The notes beneath the pieces were generated by a model. It had not been told where the DNA came from, ran no database searches, and was given only the letters and a program-made list of their open reading frames with translations. The position numbers and the translations under genes were made by a program. A stretch of 64,000 nucleotides of DNA from Camelus dromedarius (lineage: Eukaryota), in NCBI RefSeq assembly GCF_036321535.1, contig NC_087436.1, forward strand, positions 26,910,001 to 26,974,000. Direction: 5' to 3'. Positions 1 through 13,820 of this stretch are shown in pieces. The first letter of the stretch is position 1, and each line of letters opens with the position of its first letter.

Positions 1-356
1 AAGGATCTGCATAGTTGCTCCTCAATTTTAGCATAAACAAAAACATTAGCTTTTAAAATTCATGTTGCAATGCCATCTCCCTGAGAACTGAAATCCTATC
101 TTGATCCCATACCTAGGACTCTTTTGCAATTTCCATGGTCACCTAGATTATGGAAACATTGTTTTATAAATGTTGTCATGAAATTAAAATATTAAGAATT
201 AGTATGCTGTGTAAATTTATTTTTCCTTCCCTTAAATTTCACATTAACTTTTATTTCAGGAATTCCATGTTTCTAAGGGATCTTCTCTCACATTTCTTAA
301 GTGAGTCATTACTCTTTATGTTCTGCCAAATCATGAGTAATCTTCATCTTATATAT

Positions 357-914
357 TGTCTAGGACAGGGTAATTAGGCACTTGGCGTTCATCACAAATC
401 TTTTTTTTTTATGAGCCTTTCTACAATGGAAAGACCTAAAAGCTCAACAGTCCCAAGACTCCCTTACAGCTAGTGCTATGGATAAAGCTCAGGTTCAAAA
501 AACTGCACACACCAGAGTAAGCTGTGAAGTCACTGCTTTGGTCGTGTGTGTGTGTGTGCGCGCGCGCGCGCGTGTGTGTTTTCCTGAAGCTGACATTCAG
601 TGCCTGGCTTCTGATTTTTCCATTTGAGGGACAAGTAGGTACAGCAGCTCTGACATCTTGGTTCTAGGCAGTTACAATGGTGGCATTTTCCTGACTAGCC
701 TCCTGAGTACAACTAAGGTGTTATGTGATATCTGTATTCCATTGGCAGCCCCTGATTCTTCATTGAGCGAATTCTGCTACATATTGGTAGTAACTTATGA
801 ATGCTCAGCTCAGGCGCAGTTGCACTAGCTCCTGCAATGGTTGGTAAAAATTAATTTACTCTCTGCTTAAAATCAATCTAGGTTTCTATTTCCTGTACTG
901 AACCCTGACTGACA
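357..914 (+). mobile_element. Degenerate ERVL-class solo LTR (LTR33/LTR41-like)
   Basis: Starts TG and ends ...ctctgcttaaaatcaatctaggtttctatttcctgtactgaaccctgactgaCA, resembling the recalled LTR33/41 3' end. Its 5' end (taggacagggtaattaggcact) resembles the element at ~41460. Confidence 0.6.
544..579. repeat. Compound (GT)n(CG)7(TG)n microsatellite
   Basis: gtgtgtgtgtgtgtgcgcgcgcgcgcgcgtgtgtgt read directly. Confidence 0.95.
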
Positions 915-2084
915 TTCATAAAATTTCAGATCTCTTAAAGCAATATGATAAAAATGGATAAAGTAAGAATACATAAGCTTTATGGCAACTAGTTTCCAAG
1001 ACTAGTAGTTTTTATTTATTTTTGAATTTATGTATTTTTAAAATTCTATTATTTTTGGTTCATTCATATGCTGCAGATGGATAAAATAACCTGAATTGCA
1101 CCTTTAACTCAAAAATAGCAGTTACTAAAAGTAAAAGCAAACACTGGGAAAATATTCTCCTGGGAAAGGAGTAGCTTGCTGGTACTGGTAGGCAGAAGGA
1201 GTAAAGAAATGAAATTTTGAAGTGTAGGGCAGAAAATTTCAGAATAACTTTCAATTCACCAGTTCATGTAAAATTCTTAAAGGCTCAGACCCCACTCTGC
1301 CTGTGAAATTGGAAACTCTATTTTAGTATAAGGGGAAAAGAAAATTCATGAACATGGAGCCAATGACCACTACAGACTGGAAAATAACATAGGGAAATAA
1401 GAAAAAACAAGGTAATAAGACCCTGATTAAAGACTGTATTTGAAGTGTATATAGACTTGACACATGCTTACGAATCTACATCAGTTTTGTTATCTCTCTT
1501 GTTTTAAAAAAAAAAAAAACTATTTTATTCTCAATTGAACTTGACCAGAACTGACATAACATCAATTTCCTGGGTTCTTTAGTAACTAGGAGCAGAGATT
1601 AAACTCCTGATCCCAAGAGAAGATTGAATTCACTAAAAGAATCAACTGCAACTATAATAGACTCATCAAAATCTGTGGCAAATGTCCATGAAAATAATCG
1701 TTTCAAGTTTAAAGAATAAAGACATGCTTGCAATGGATCAGAGATAATGACCTTATTGGGAGCTGAAGGACACTGGTGTTTGTTGGGAAATGTAATGGCT
1801 GGGGAGCCCTGAGTTCCTCCCAAGAACTGTCCATCTTGAACTTTCAAGACTGTCACTAAAGTCATAGGGATACAGGGGATTTGTTTTATTTTGTTTTACT
1901 TTTAGTTTTGTTTGTTTTTTGATCTAGTTTAAGTTTCCTTTTAGTAGTTATAAGAAATGTATTAAGTAACCTAAGACCTTATGTTCCTTTTTATTATATC
2001 TTTATTCAAATAACAATAAAACACACAGGTTAATGTGATACGTTGTAGAAAATGTAAATATGCACAGAGATGGCTCAATTTACA

Positions 2085-2310
2085 TCTGTTTTAATGCTGT
2101 ATGTATTTTCATAACTTAATGAGTGTGGAGATACGTATACACCTTATGGAAACATCACCATTAAGGCCATAAACATATCCATCACTTTCTAAAGTTTCCT
2201 CCTGCTCCTTTTATTATTATTATACTATCATTATCATTATTATTGTTATTATGTGTGAAACAATATTTAATGTAAGATCTACCCTCTTAGCAAATGTTAA
2301 GTATGTGGTA
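2085..2310 (-). mobile_element. Old L1 3'UTR fragment (L1MA/MB-like)
   Basis: aaacatatccatcactttctaaagtttcctcctg and taagatctaccctcttagcaaat are typical of antisense L1MA9-MB 3' ends. Confidence 0.65.
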
Positions 2311-4309
2311 CTCAACGGGTTTAATATACAGGTCTTCAATTCATAAATTTGTATTGCAATATTCTTGTTGGAGAATTTATTCCTCCTCACACCAATTTAT
2401 TTTCCATAATACTTTCAATTAAATAGTGTAAATGAGAAAATGTTCCATACAATTTCTTCTTGGAGAATAATGTCTCATATGAGACTCTGAACACTATACT
2501 CCACGGCTTGCACTGATTCATTGCTTTTGCTTATAATTCTTGTAAGTATCATTCAACTGGAGAAGAGGCTTGGTTTGAATTCAGGAAGATTACATTGAAA
2601 ATGTAAGCCTAGAAATAAAAGTGCAGAGTTTAATTAAACTCATGGATTAGGGATGAGGACGAGGTTATTAAACAAATGTGAATGTGTTACTGAATGTCTC
2701 TTTGAATTTGACTCAATCAGCGAGCTTGTTTTCTAAGATGTTTTACTGTAATTGGCAATAGAGATTTGGAAGAAGCAATGTTAGAGAGATAACTGAGAAA
2801 TAGTCCAAAGATTCAGAAGCCAATAGCCAATAATGCAGTTCAGAATGAAAGAAAAAAACAATGTACCTGTTGAAAATTAAATTAAAAAGAGTTCTATTTT
2901 GCCTGTGCAGGGAAAAGAACATTTTCACTTTGCTCAAATCAATGTATTAGTATGCAAAGAAGCTGGGGGTAAAGTCTCATCTCAGTGTCTTGGGATTTGT
3001 ACACAGACGAGGTGTAGATAGTTGAAATACTGCCAGAAATTAAAGCAATATGAAAGGATCCACATATAAAACAGATATCCAGGAGTGGATTATTACTGAC
3101 TTATGCAGAAGGCAAGAGAAAACGGAAGACACAGGGAAGTTACAAACAAGGCGAATATGCTATCTTATTGTTTCTGAATATTTCTGTATGTTACTACACA
3201 ATTTTGATATCTACTTTTCTATGAAGATACATCTACAAAAAGCTTTTGTAAACATTTTAAAATCCATTCAAAGCTAAATTATAAAGTAATATTTACAATT
3301 AAATTCTAAATAGTTTGTGAAAGCTCTACCTACAAAGAATAAGCATTTGTAAAACTACTACACTCTTCAATTATCTAACATTTTCTTATTGATATGATAA
3401 ACCATATAAATTGTATTTCAGCATAGATCATCAGGATAACTAACAACTAGCTTTTGAGAACTGTGCAGATTATTTTCTGTATGTGTCCTAGAGCTGCAAA
3501 TATTTAGATTCCCTTATAATTTACATAGTGATGCCTACCCTCAAGCTAGCTTAGATCATGAGTAAAATATAACTGAAATCTAATGACATATACACAAAGA
3601 TATGAGGGTTGACTCTGGGGACAACTAGAGTCTTATATCAGACTATGTACAGGTCCCAAGGCCATGGATAGCTTTGATCATTATCAGCTGCAATGAAAGG
3701 TGGCCTGCAGGGAGTTAGTTCAAGGTTAGGATAAAATTTGCTGGCCTTGATGTCATGGGAATTCTAAACATGGTTAAATTACTATTTTATTTAAAAAATC
3801 AATGTCATTCCATTTATTTCTGTAAAATTTTCCAAATGGAATTAGATTTTCTAGGGAATCTTATATTTATAAATTTTTTAAAAAGTGGATTTTCTTACAC
3901 TTATCTTTATTGACTGGATTGGTATCTTACCATATCATTGGATGAGAAACAAAAAAATGCCTTTAGTTATTAAAACATGTATGAGAAATATTTACTGATT
4001 CAGACTTATGAAGAATTAAACTATCATTTAAACCAAGTTTTTGTTTGTATATATCTCTGACAATTAAAAGGAAGGAAAATGCTATTAACTCATATCTGGA
4101 TAGTTAAATTAAATATATGTATATATGTATGTGTGTGTGTGTGTGTATAAAAAAGATATATTGTAGGCTAGGTCATATTCTGTAAATAAGTAATACTGTA
4201 TAGTAAGTATGCGACATAGCAGACAAAAGTTCATTCTTTGTAATCATCTAATTTAAGTGGTGTGTGTGTGTGTCCCCTATTACCATGCATTAATTACGTG
4301 ACTCTTCCA

Positions 4310-4520
4310 TGCTAAACACAGTCTCTTCTGTTGAGGGGCTTATAGTTTAAAGGCAGTAGATAAATAAATAGGCAATTTTACGGGAATGAGATAAAAGTTA
4401 TAATGAGTGGAGTTGTAGGAAAAAAATAAAAAGTTTATGGGCAGGAAAATTCGACTGGAGCAATAGCAGCTATGTTAATCACTAAAGAATGAGTAGCCAG
4501 GTGAAAGTTGCAAGAGAGGG
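4310..4520 (-). mobile_element. L2 fragment
   Basis: ggggcttatagtttaaaggcag...taaataggcaatt...aaagaatgagtagccaggtgaa resembles antisense L2 3' region. Confidence 0.4.
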
Positions 4521-4544
4521 AGCGCTTGATTTTTTTATTTTTTT

Positions 4545-4724
4545 GCTTGTTTGCTTCACACACTTACATTTGCACATAATTAGGGGACTTCATGATATTC
4601 CATTCAAATCAGCACACTTTGGGGAGGAGAAAAGGGCACCATTAGTAATTCGGCTTCAGTGACAAGTATAATCTTGGACTGTCTGGGGCAAACCTACATC
4701 ATGGTAATTCCCAACTTTAAGCAA
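4545..4724 (+). repeat. Dispersed direct repeat, copy 1 (contains a MER81-like hAT MITE at ~4581-4712)
   Basis: Hand alignment to 21594-21772 gives about 17 substitutions and 1 indel over ~173 bp. Confidence 0.9.
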
Positions 4725-4964
4725 TACTCTACTTGGAATATTTGACCTCACTTTAAATAACCTCTGACTAGCTATTACTTAATTAAATGATTTCATATTC
4801 CTATTAATCAAAGGAGATTTTATTTTTAATTCTATAAAAGGTGCCCTTAAGTCAGAAAGAGATTTTTATAGTTAATCATTATGGTCTATTGATACGAAGG
4901 TGGTAAAACTAAATCTTCTGGGGTTTATTTGGCCTTTAGAGAATATGTTTCGCACATAAACTGG

Positions 4965-5140
4965 TATTTGAATCTCAGATTCACAACTGTTTAGCAGTAT
5001 GCTCTGGAGAAAATGCTTAAACCATATAATGGTAAATTCCTCATTTGTAAAAGGAATATATTATAGCCTGCCCTGTTAAATTTCTGTGAGAATTGAATGA
5101 AGTATCATGAAATATAAAACAATTTGCATGGTGGCTTACT
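4965..5140 (+). mobile_element. MIR SINE fragment
   Basis: tttgaatctcag...ttcctcatttgtaaaagg...tgtgagaattgaatga matches the MIR core. Confidence 0.6.
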
Positions 5141-6949
5141 CATTATACATGTGAAGTATATGTTACGTTATTTCCTTCCAATCATAAATATTAAACTGAC
5201 ATAGATTTTACGTCTATTGTATTCATAAATTACATAAAATCATTTTCCTTTATGTTTTTACATTATTTTCATGTAGGTTTAAAAATTAAATTTGCACAAA
5301 ATAACATTATCTATTTTTTTAAAGATATCTAAAGTTATTCTTCACTTATTCTGGCTTCCATTTTTTATCTTGGTCTCCAAGGTCAAATGGTTTCTTATTT
5401 CACTTATCAATTTGTTGGGATAACTTTTGCAAATGTATTTTTACCCATTGTAAATTTTCCCCATAAGTAAATAGCTTGAGAGTATGTAGATTATTTTGTA
5501 GAAATGAAATAATAGAATCCCCATTTTAACTAAAGAAAATATGAAATTAAAAATGAGATTTTGCTTTTAGGAGGGAATCAGATTTCTTTTCAGGAAACTT
5601 ATAGGGAGAAAGATCAGATGAATCCTAAAAATCAGTGTAAATGTTTAATTCTGCACTGACGATGCTTCATTCCCAAAAACAGTTTTTTTAAAAAAACCTG
5701 GATTATACAGCTAATGAAGTTTTGGACTTGACCACAAACAATCTTAACTACAACCATATTCAGTTCTTTATCAAAAGTGAAAAAAAAATTTGATTGTAAT
5801 TCTCCTTTTTTACATTTAATGTAAAGAGATAATGACTTGTCTGTTATCAAATTCTGTTAATTTGTTCTTATGTATGCCTTTCTGAAATGCACTTTTTATT
5901 TCCAAAAAATAAAGTTTTGTCTGGCATGTCTTGGATGAACATGAAAAGTTATACAATATGGCTACTATAGAAAAGAAGGATAATTTATACACTGTAGTTA
6001 TTTAGATGTAAGTTACATTAAAAAGAAATGGTTTATCATCATCATTATGATAATAATTATAAGTTTACCTAAGTAAACCTGCTGTTCTTCAGCATAAAAA
6101 TGAAAGCCAGTGTAGTTAGATACTGGCATGGAGTATATACTATTTTTCTCTTTAGTTGTTAAAAAACAACTGAAAGTTTCTAATCCTAAAACAAACTCTT
6201 TTAAACCACTCTATTCTTTGAAACCTATAGATATTTTATAATCTTCATAACAGTCATCTAATCACTCTTTCTTTTCTCCATGTTGAAAAGTTCTAGTAAT
6301 GTCTTATTTATCTGGTGAAGTTGTATGTGGTTGGATGATTCACTAAGAAATTAAATATTGTGGTACTGTCTCTAATATAAATTTATTCTATGAGCCCAAC
6401 AATGTAACTGATATTTTATTTCATTTTCCATAGGAACATCTGTTTGCAGAGCCAGAGACAGAATTTCCTAGAAATAAGATGCCAGTTCTCCAATAATTAG
6501 TTTTGATTAGGGAAAGCTGACGTGATTTAAGATGTATGATGGATGAAGGATGTAGAGGTGGTGACAGACTTATGACAATATTTAGATACGAGGAGAATTA
6601 ATCTGAAGAGCAAAATGTTTAGAGAACTTCCTATATGATTGCAGAATGAACAGGATTTTGCAGATCATGTAACTAAAAAGTCCATGTGAAAGAGAATAAG
6701 CAAAGCTTTCTGAAAGTTTGGAAGAAAGATTCTATTCTAAGTTTGGGTGAGGTCAAAAAAGGGTTAATTCAAGTAGTCTTTAAAGCTGGATAGGAATCAG
6801 TGAGTAAAAATTAAGGGGCAGAACATCCCAGGTAGCAAAAATAGGGTGAACAAAGGATGAAGGGTAGAGAGTGTGGGGCCTTGTTGGGGAATGGCAAAAA
6901 GCTTGGTGGGGCATCAGTGTCAGGAACTGGCAGGATAGCACAGGGATGA

Positions 6950-7800
6950 GCACCATATTGGATTCTTAATAATTTTGTTTTTGAACTTGTGTATAATTTA
7001 AGCCTGATGGGACAGTGGAGCATGTCCCTTGACATTCTGTTCACATCAGGCCTGGTGATGCCTCATGAGCACAGACTTCTAATGAACCCATAGTATGCAG
7101 AAGATAGACAAGTCTCAGAGCATGTTTAAGGTAAGCAAGTTACATTCATGACTGAGTAAATGGGGCACTGATAGCCCCTAGAGAATACACCTCATCTGAA
7201 CCAGAAATTTCTTCAAACACAGAAAGAAGTCAATGATGTCCTAGGAAACAACCAAGAAACCTTATCATATTTTTTAGCTGTGTAACTTTTCTCTATTAGC
7301 TAATATCTTAAGTTGAAAATGAGATGAAGAAAAAAGATAGGTCTACTCATAATTTCTTTCACTTTCAGTCCTTTCTTTTTATTAAGTACCAGTATGAAGA
7401 GAGTGTATGTAGAATATACATGTATCAAGAAGTGAAATGTAAACATCTCAGTTAATTTTGTGCAGTGTTTCTACTCTTCCTGTAAGAACAAAATAAATAT
7501 CATGTACTAGCTACAAAATATGAATTGTGTAATTGCAGCTATTCCACATATGAATTAAATGCTCTTATATGTGCATTTAAAACTGGCTTTTCACTGTGTA
7601 AAGATGAACAGCAAAATTTACGATAAAATTTTAAACTTAAATTTTTCTTTTCTTAGAACACTAAGTAGAAAAAAAAAAAATCACCATGACAAGTCAAGAG
7701 TGAGATGGTGGAAAAAAGAAAAAAAAAAAAACATGCTTTATATTTTAGCACTTTAACACTTAATTTGCACTTGGGCCAGCAAATTATGTAGCCCAGCCTG
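6950..7800 (+). mobile_element. MER45B/R-like hAT-Tip100 DNA transposon remnant
   Basis: Ends tttgcacttgggccagcaaattatgtagcccagcctg (MER45 terminus) and contains caccatgacaagtcaagag...gctttatattttag. Confidence 0.7.
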
Positions 7801-8099
7801 CCTGGACCATAAACATATACTATTAACACTGTAGACTAAATATGAGGCGTGTTCTTATAAATTCAGAAATATGTAAGTTTCTTAGAACTATCACAAGGCA
7901 CTGGGGTGAGAAAGGATTAACACTACTTGCTGAAATTGAATTTCCTTCTAAGTAGGTGTGGCTGGATCTCAAGGCAGGTTTCATTTAATATTGAGGAGAA
8001 ATATTTGTTCCAAGCAGCTGTGGTTTTATGTACTTTTCCCAGTAGCCTTTAACCTCCTTGAATGCTAAAATGATATTACTCTCATATTATCCTATAAAT

Positions 8100-8505
8100 C
8101 AAGCCATGTCATTGGCCCAAACATATGCTCTTGAAGCTCTTTACCCTTTGTGCTGTCACCAGTTCCCAGTATGTTCTTAATAGTGCCTAGGATTATACCT
8201 CTTGTCCACAGAGAGAACTTAACCAACGACTGATAGGTGGGGGACCATTAACTCTAACTCCTTTGTAACTGGTTGAGGTAACTCCAGGTATAACCCACAC
8301 TGCCTTCAGGGGTTCCCTATGGAATTGAGGTGAAATTATCCCCTTTGTGATGTTGTTTGATCACATATACTTGCTTGGCTGTTTTTGTGTTCCTGACTCA
8401 CTTTCCCTTTATTCACCTGGTTGCTTTTGGAAAACATCTTACCAAATTCCTTTTACACAAACCTTTGTCTCAAAGTCTGCTTAACAGGAAACTCAACCTC
8501 AGACT
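8100..8505 (+). mobile_element. LTR16-like ERVL solo LTR
   Basis: 3' end cctttgtctcaaagtctgcttaacaggaaactcaacctcagac resembles LTR16A; the 5' boundary is approximate. Confidence 0.6.
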
Positions 8506-11029
8506 CTCAGAGAAATTAAAACATTTGACAAGAATAATAGGCAACTGAAAAGTATTTACTGAATTCAATTGAAAATGGTATGCGTATGGATGGACAGAAT
8601 TCGCTATATAATTAAGTAGTCTATCACTATAAATTTCCTTACAAACACCCACAAATATCATGAAATCTAAGCATTTAAGTGGCTCATTTTATATAACAGT
8701 TCACTGTAAATACACTGGCTGAGTTAACGGATCAGTTAGGTCTCATTTTCAGTTATCCTGTATCTTACACATATAATCTTACTTCCTATGTTATGAGCAA
8801 AGTGCGAATGAATTCTTTGTGTAATTCTGTACAAAATGTAGGCCATTATTAATTCAAAGGCTTCATATATTTAGTCACATTTAGCCATAAATAGAACGAT
8901 TTAACATTCATCTTCCATCTTTAACAGTTTTTCTCTTTTATAATGTTCACTCTATATAATATGAATTTGTAGTATCTTTGAAGAGATGAATTGAGTATAG
9001 AGATTAGCAAGTTTATGAACATTTTATGACAGAAAATAAGTTTAGTCATAAGGAAATAAAATAAGAACAATCAATTGAAATTATTTTAAAAGTCGATAGT
9101 AGAATTACTTGACTCTGGAGATGTATTCAATAATTTTAAGTGGGTCTTTTGAGAAATGCTAGCATTGCAACTGGGTATGAGTCAAATAATCAAACTGTTT
9201 CTCAGAAATCCAGATCATTCACACATAAGTGATGGATATTGAATTTTAAATATATTTTGCTGCCATCATATGTCATTTTAGAAGAATAAAAGTGATATGC
9301 TTTGCTACCTTTGTATAGCATTTTTTTCTTATTTATCTCCTATAAAGTAACAGTCACTACTGAGTATTTTTATGAATGTATATACACATTTGAAGAGGAG
9401 GGAAAGAGAAGAATGAGAGAGCATATACAGAGAGTATTTTTTTTAAGTCACCAGGAAGCTCTACTCTTGTGAGTGTCTCCAGATTTTTTTAACTCAAAAG
9501 AAACAAAAACACAAAATGTAGTCACATAAATATTCTTCACAAAGCATTTTCAGGATAAAATATTTTGAAATCTTATAATCATTATTCCAATGTGTCTATT
9601 CTGATATACACTTATTTCTTATAGCAACATAAGGTCATAGATCATTCCTCTTTTTTCCTGCTTTAATATTAGACTTTAGTCCAATGTCTATAAAATCGGT
9701 TTAATTAACAAATTAAGGGCTATTTGAGGTCATAGGTGTTTTGTTTAACTTTCGAAAAAGTCATTCCAGTGATATATGAGACAATAATAGGTAACATTTT
9801 CATTTATTAACTAATTTAACAAATTTTTATTAAATATTCACTATGTTTCAGGCACTGCTCTAAAGAATAATGAATACTTCTTCTGAATAATGAGAAGTAA
9901 AAGAAGGAGTTTAAAAATGTTATGATTGGTGAGGGGCCTTGCAATTCTTTCTAATCCTTAAAGTTTTATTTTTAATCTGTAATAAATATTAACTAAATTT
10001 TATACCCTTGGCTCTAAGTCTTTCCAGTTTTTAGGACTGGTTACTTAAAATACTACAAACCTTTTAGAAGATAAACTATAAAGCACATATTATTTAATGT
10101 TATGTACTATTCATTTAGGACTAGAAGGTCAAAAAGGGTACCAGGGGAGCAGGAGGGTTGAAAGGGAGGTAGTTGGTATCACAGGTAAACTTCAGTCAAT
10201 TTACCACTTGGCCTGTGAGCAGCCCTTCCTTTTTTCAAGGTGATAAAGTGTGTGTTTCTTTGTATGTGTATGTGTAGGACAAGGAAACTACTTGACTTTA
10301 ACATAAAATATGTATTTTAAAAATTTAAATTTTGTTGATATCAGTTCTCTTTATTGCATCATTTACTGATATACAAATTAGAAGTTAAATATATAAAATA
10401 AAAATCTTAACATTAAATAACATATACTGTCTTTTCCATATATATCTTAATGTTTTTACCAATCTCTGAAGCACAGCTTATAGTTAGTTCTCTGTTAAGT
10501 AATATGGTTAGTAAACAAGTAAAGCCATATGAAGGATGACCTTTGAGGGCTTTCAACAGCTTTAATCTGGTGGCAGTACAATTTATTTAACCTTTTAGAA
10601 AGTATTCTTCCCTGACAGTGACTTGACTTGACTTTTCAAAGCTATACAATCAGCATATTAGAAAGTTTACTTTATATTTATTCATAAGCTCATCTATATA
10701 GTGCAAGTTTTTAGGTTACAGTTTACTAAATTTATTTAAAATATATCACACATTTATATCATATGTCTATTAAATTGCTGTTATATGTGTATATACATAC
10801 AAGGTATTCATGTTACTTATATACATTATATATTTTCTAACTGTGCATATGTAATATGTAGTACATAAACATATACAATGAGATATATATATAAGTATAT
10901 AAATATAAAATACATAATATACATTTTATATAAAATATACACAGAATTAAAATATAGGATCAATAAATGTCATGTATATATTTCTATTTACATGTCTATT
11001 TATTTTTCTTATTGAAAAATACATATATT

Positions 11030-11150
11030 TTCCCCCTCAGACTGTGAACTCCTCAACATCAAAGACCATGTATCATCTTTATGTTAATTTCCACAATTGA
11101 GCACAGTATCAAGTATAAATTAGGAACAAATAAATGTTCATAGAATAATT
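11030..11150 (+). mobile_element. L2 3' end fragment
   Basis: agactgtgaactcctc...gcacagtatc...aaataaatgttc matches the L2 3' terminus. Confidence 0.55.
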
Positions 11151-11383
11151 AAATCTGAAAACAGATCACATCAATTGGCTTATATATTCTTATATAAAAA
11201 GTGAAGACAGCAGTGATTTGAAGCAGCTTAGATGAGAATGACAAAGGTTTAAAAAATCCATGGTAAAAAAATTGAGGGTAATGAACATTAGGTTATAAAA
11301 AATAATGACACATTTGCAATATCACCTAGGTATATTTAGGACATACTGTACCTCAAAGAGGCAATTAGCATTTAAAATGTACT

Positions 11384-11451
11384 ATATATGTTTATATACA
11401 CACACATACATACATACATGTATATACACACACATACATACATACATACAC
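11384..11451. repeat. Imperfect (TACA)n/(CA)n microsatellite
   Basis: Read directly from the sequence. Confidence 0.85.
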
Positions 11452-12274
11452 TTTCATCTTTATGTAGTCCCTATAAAGCTCTCATATTTAGACATTTAGA
11501 AAAGATATGATTTACTTACATGAGTTGCAACTTGATAGATATTTAAAATATTTTAAAATTTGGATACTATTTTAAAACACAATCAGGACATTACAAAAAT
11601 TTCTGTAGATGCTTTATCTACTTTTTCATGTTGACTCTGATATGCTTAGATAATCCATATTTTTGCTCACACTATACAAAAATTATCCCCAAATATTTAA
11701 TATAATTTAAAAAATATTTTTGAAATACTATATTTGTGACAAGAGATATCTTCTTAACTCTTCCCATAATTTTAAAATAATTCTTAAATTATTATAATTC
11801 ACCATATATATCCTTTTAAGTTGCATTTTAGGTGATTTTTTAAATGCTCCAGAACTACTGCACATAGAAAAGATGACTGAAACCTTCGATGCTTAAGATG
11901 ACTTTTATTTCTAGATTTGTCTCAGGTTGTACTTTAAGCTTACCATTAATTGTGTTCCAACATTTTCACTATTGATTTTTTAATGCAGAAAATTGATATT
12001 GCATTTAGATGGCAGGGGAGGGAAAACATGAATCTAAAACCTGCAGACTCTAAGCAAAAATGTCCCATGATTGCTCATCACCACTAGAGGATGATTCAAA
12101 TCTTTACTTTAAAGCAATGTGCCATTCTCTTTCTTTATTATCTTAATAAAAATAATTATTTTAAAAAACATAACTATCTTCTTAAACTTTTAAAATTATT
12201 CCAAAATATATGAAATAATTCCTGTTTATACTGTTCTTACTATTTCAAATATCATTATTTTAAATCATCTTTGA

Positions 12275-12412
12275 GGGGGTGGGTATAGCTCAGTGGCTGT
12301 TGTGTGCTTAGCATGCACAGGGTCTTGGGTTCAATCCCCAATACCTCTACTAAATAAATAAACAAAACTAATTATCTCCCTCCCCCTCACAAAATAAATT
12401 AAATAAATAAAC
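12275..12412 (+). mobile_element. tRNA-derived SINE (camelid Vic-1-like)
   Basis: ggggg..gtatagctcagtgg (A box), ttagcatgcac, gggttcaatcccc (B box), then an AT-rich body, C-rich tract and A-rich tail. Confidence 0.85.
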
Positions 12413-13122
12413 AAATCATTATCAAAATATTCCAAAATACATTCTTTGAAATAATCAAATAATTATCAATGGAATTCTTTTATTACATTTGCTACTTTTA
12501 AAAATATAAATTTATTAAGAATAATTTTAATACAACCAGATTGGAAATTATTTGAGAATTCCATAGTAGAGTGAATATTTTTAACTGCAGATAGAGCATA
12601 CTTACCCTTTTCCCATCTATATCAGGCAGGTGAACTTTTATAGTTTAACTTTTGCTGCACCATCACTCAGTGCTGGCCTTTGATATATTCATTAGACTCA
12701 ATTAGAATTAATCATTACCTACCTAAACTTCAGATACTTAATATCCATTTGGTTTGAGATGTGTTATATCTAAACAATACTGTGTGTAAGACTGTGTTTA
12801 ACAGTTAACGAACATTGTGTTCAAAATATTCATTGATTCATCTTACAGTATGACCATCATTTTTCCCACTGAATTAATTCACCTCTCAAAGTTATGCTGT
12901 CTTCATTATTGTACAGTTTACAAGGGACTCTTGGAATCCTGCAAAATAAACTTGATGTCAAATCTTGCCTTTTCTTATAATGTCTTGTTATTTCTTTCTC
13001 CACACAGAGAATCTAGAAGCTTTGGAGGCAGGTACTGATAATGGATTTGACTATATAAAGAAAGATGAGGAGCCAATATGGATCAAATTTGTGAAAGACC
13101 CAAATTAAATCCATTTAGCACA

Positions 13123-13152
13123 AACATACACACACACACACACACACACACA
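13123..13152. repeat. (CA)n microsatellite
   Basis: Read directly from the sequence. Confidence 0.95.
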
Positions 13153-13486
13153 ACTGGCAAGTTTAAAGAGTGGGCATGCATAAGGGCACGGTTTCAGGAA
13201 GAATAATTTCCGTTAGAATTTACAAATAGAAAACCAGGTACTGAAACCTGGATATAAGCTCAGGTATCTATTTTAAACCATGCAATGATACATATGAACA
13301 CAATTACATCTTCTTTACTTCCTGAACATAAAACAATGTATTTTAAAAAGTCTGTTTGTTAACCATATAAGTTACCCTCTCAGTAATTATTTGACCAGAA
13401 TCACTGAAATAATTGTGTAAGTAACTTCTATAGTGATTATTAAACAATATTAAAATGAAGTTATTTCTGCTCACATATTTTCTTTA

Positions 13487-13820
13487 ATCAGTCATCATTT
13501 ATTCAATCATAAATTTGCATGTTAAACATTTATTGGTTGAGAGCCTACTATGTACCAAGAAGTGAATAATAAGTACTGTACTTGAATGTCAGAAAAAAAT
13601 ACATAATCTTACAGTCTAGTGGAGATACACACATAGAGAAAGAGGCATGCATATTAAAACATGTGACACATACATAAATACACTTAGATATGTATATACA
13701 AATGAATTCAGATGAAATACACTTTGGGACTCAAGGAAGGCCACTTTAAAGAAGTAGTATTCAAGCTGAGAGTCAAAGAATGAGTAGAGCTCAGCCAGAC
13801 ACATTTGGGAGTCGGGAAGA
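13487..13820 (-). mobile_element. L2 fragment
   Basis: attcaatc...aaacatttattggttgagagcctactatgtacca and tcaaggaaggc...ttcaagctgagagtcaaagaatgagtag match antisense L2. Confidence 0.7.

Noticed and set aside
6410..6500. Good plus-strand splice acceptor (tttcattttccatag)
   Set aside because: The phase-0 frame closes after 20 codons, no convincing donor, and such acceptors are common in AT-rich DNA.
12275..12350. tRNA-Ala-like gene (also ~55375-55446)
   Set aside because: Stems are degenerate and both copies carry the same SINE body and A-rich tail.
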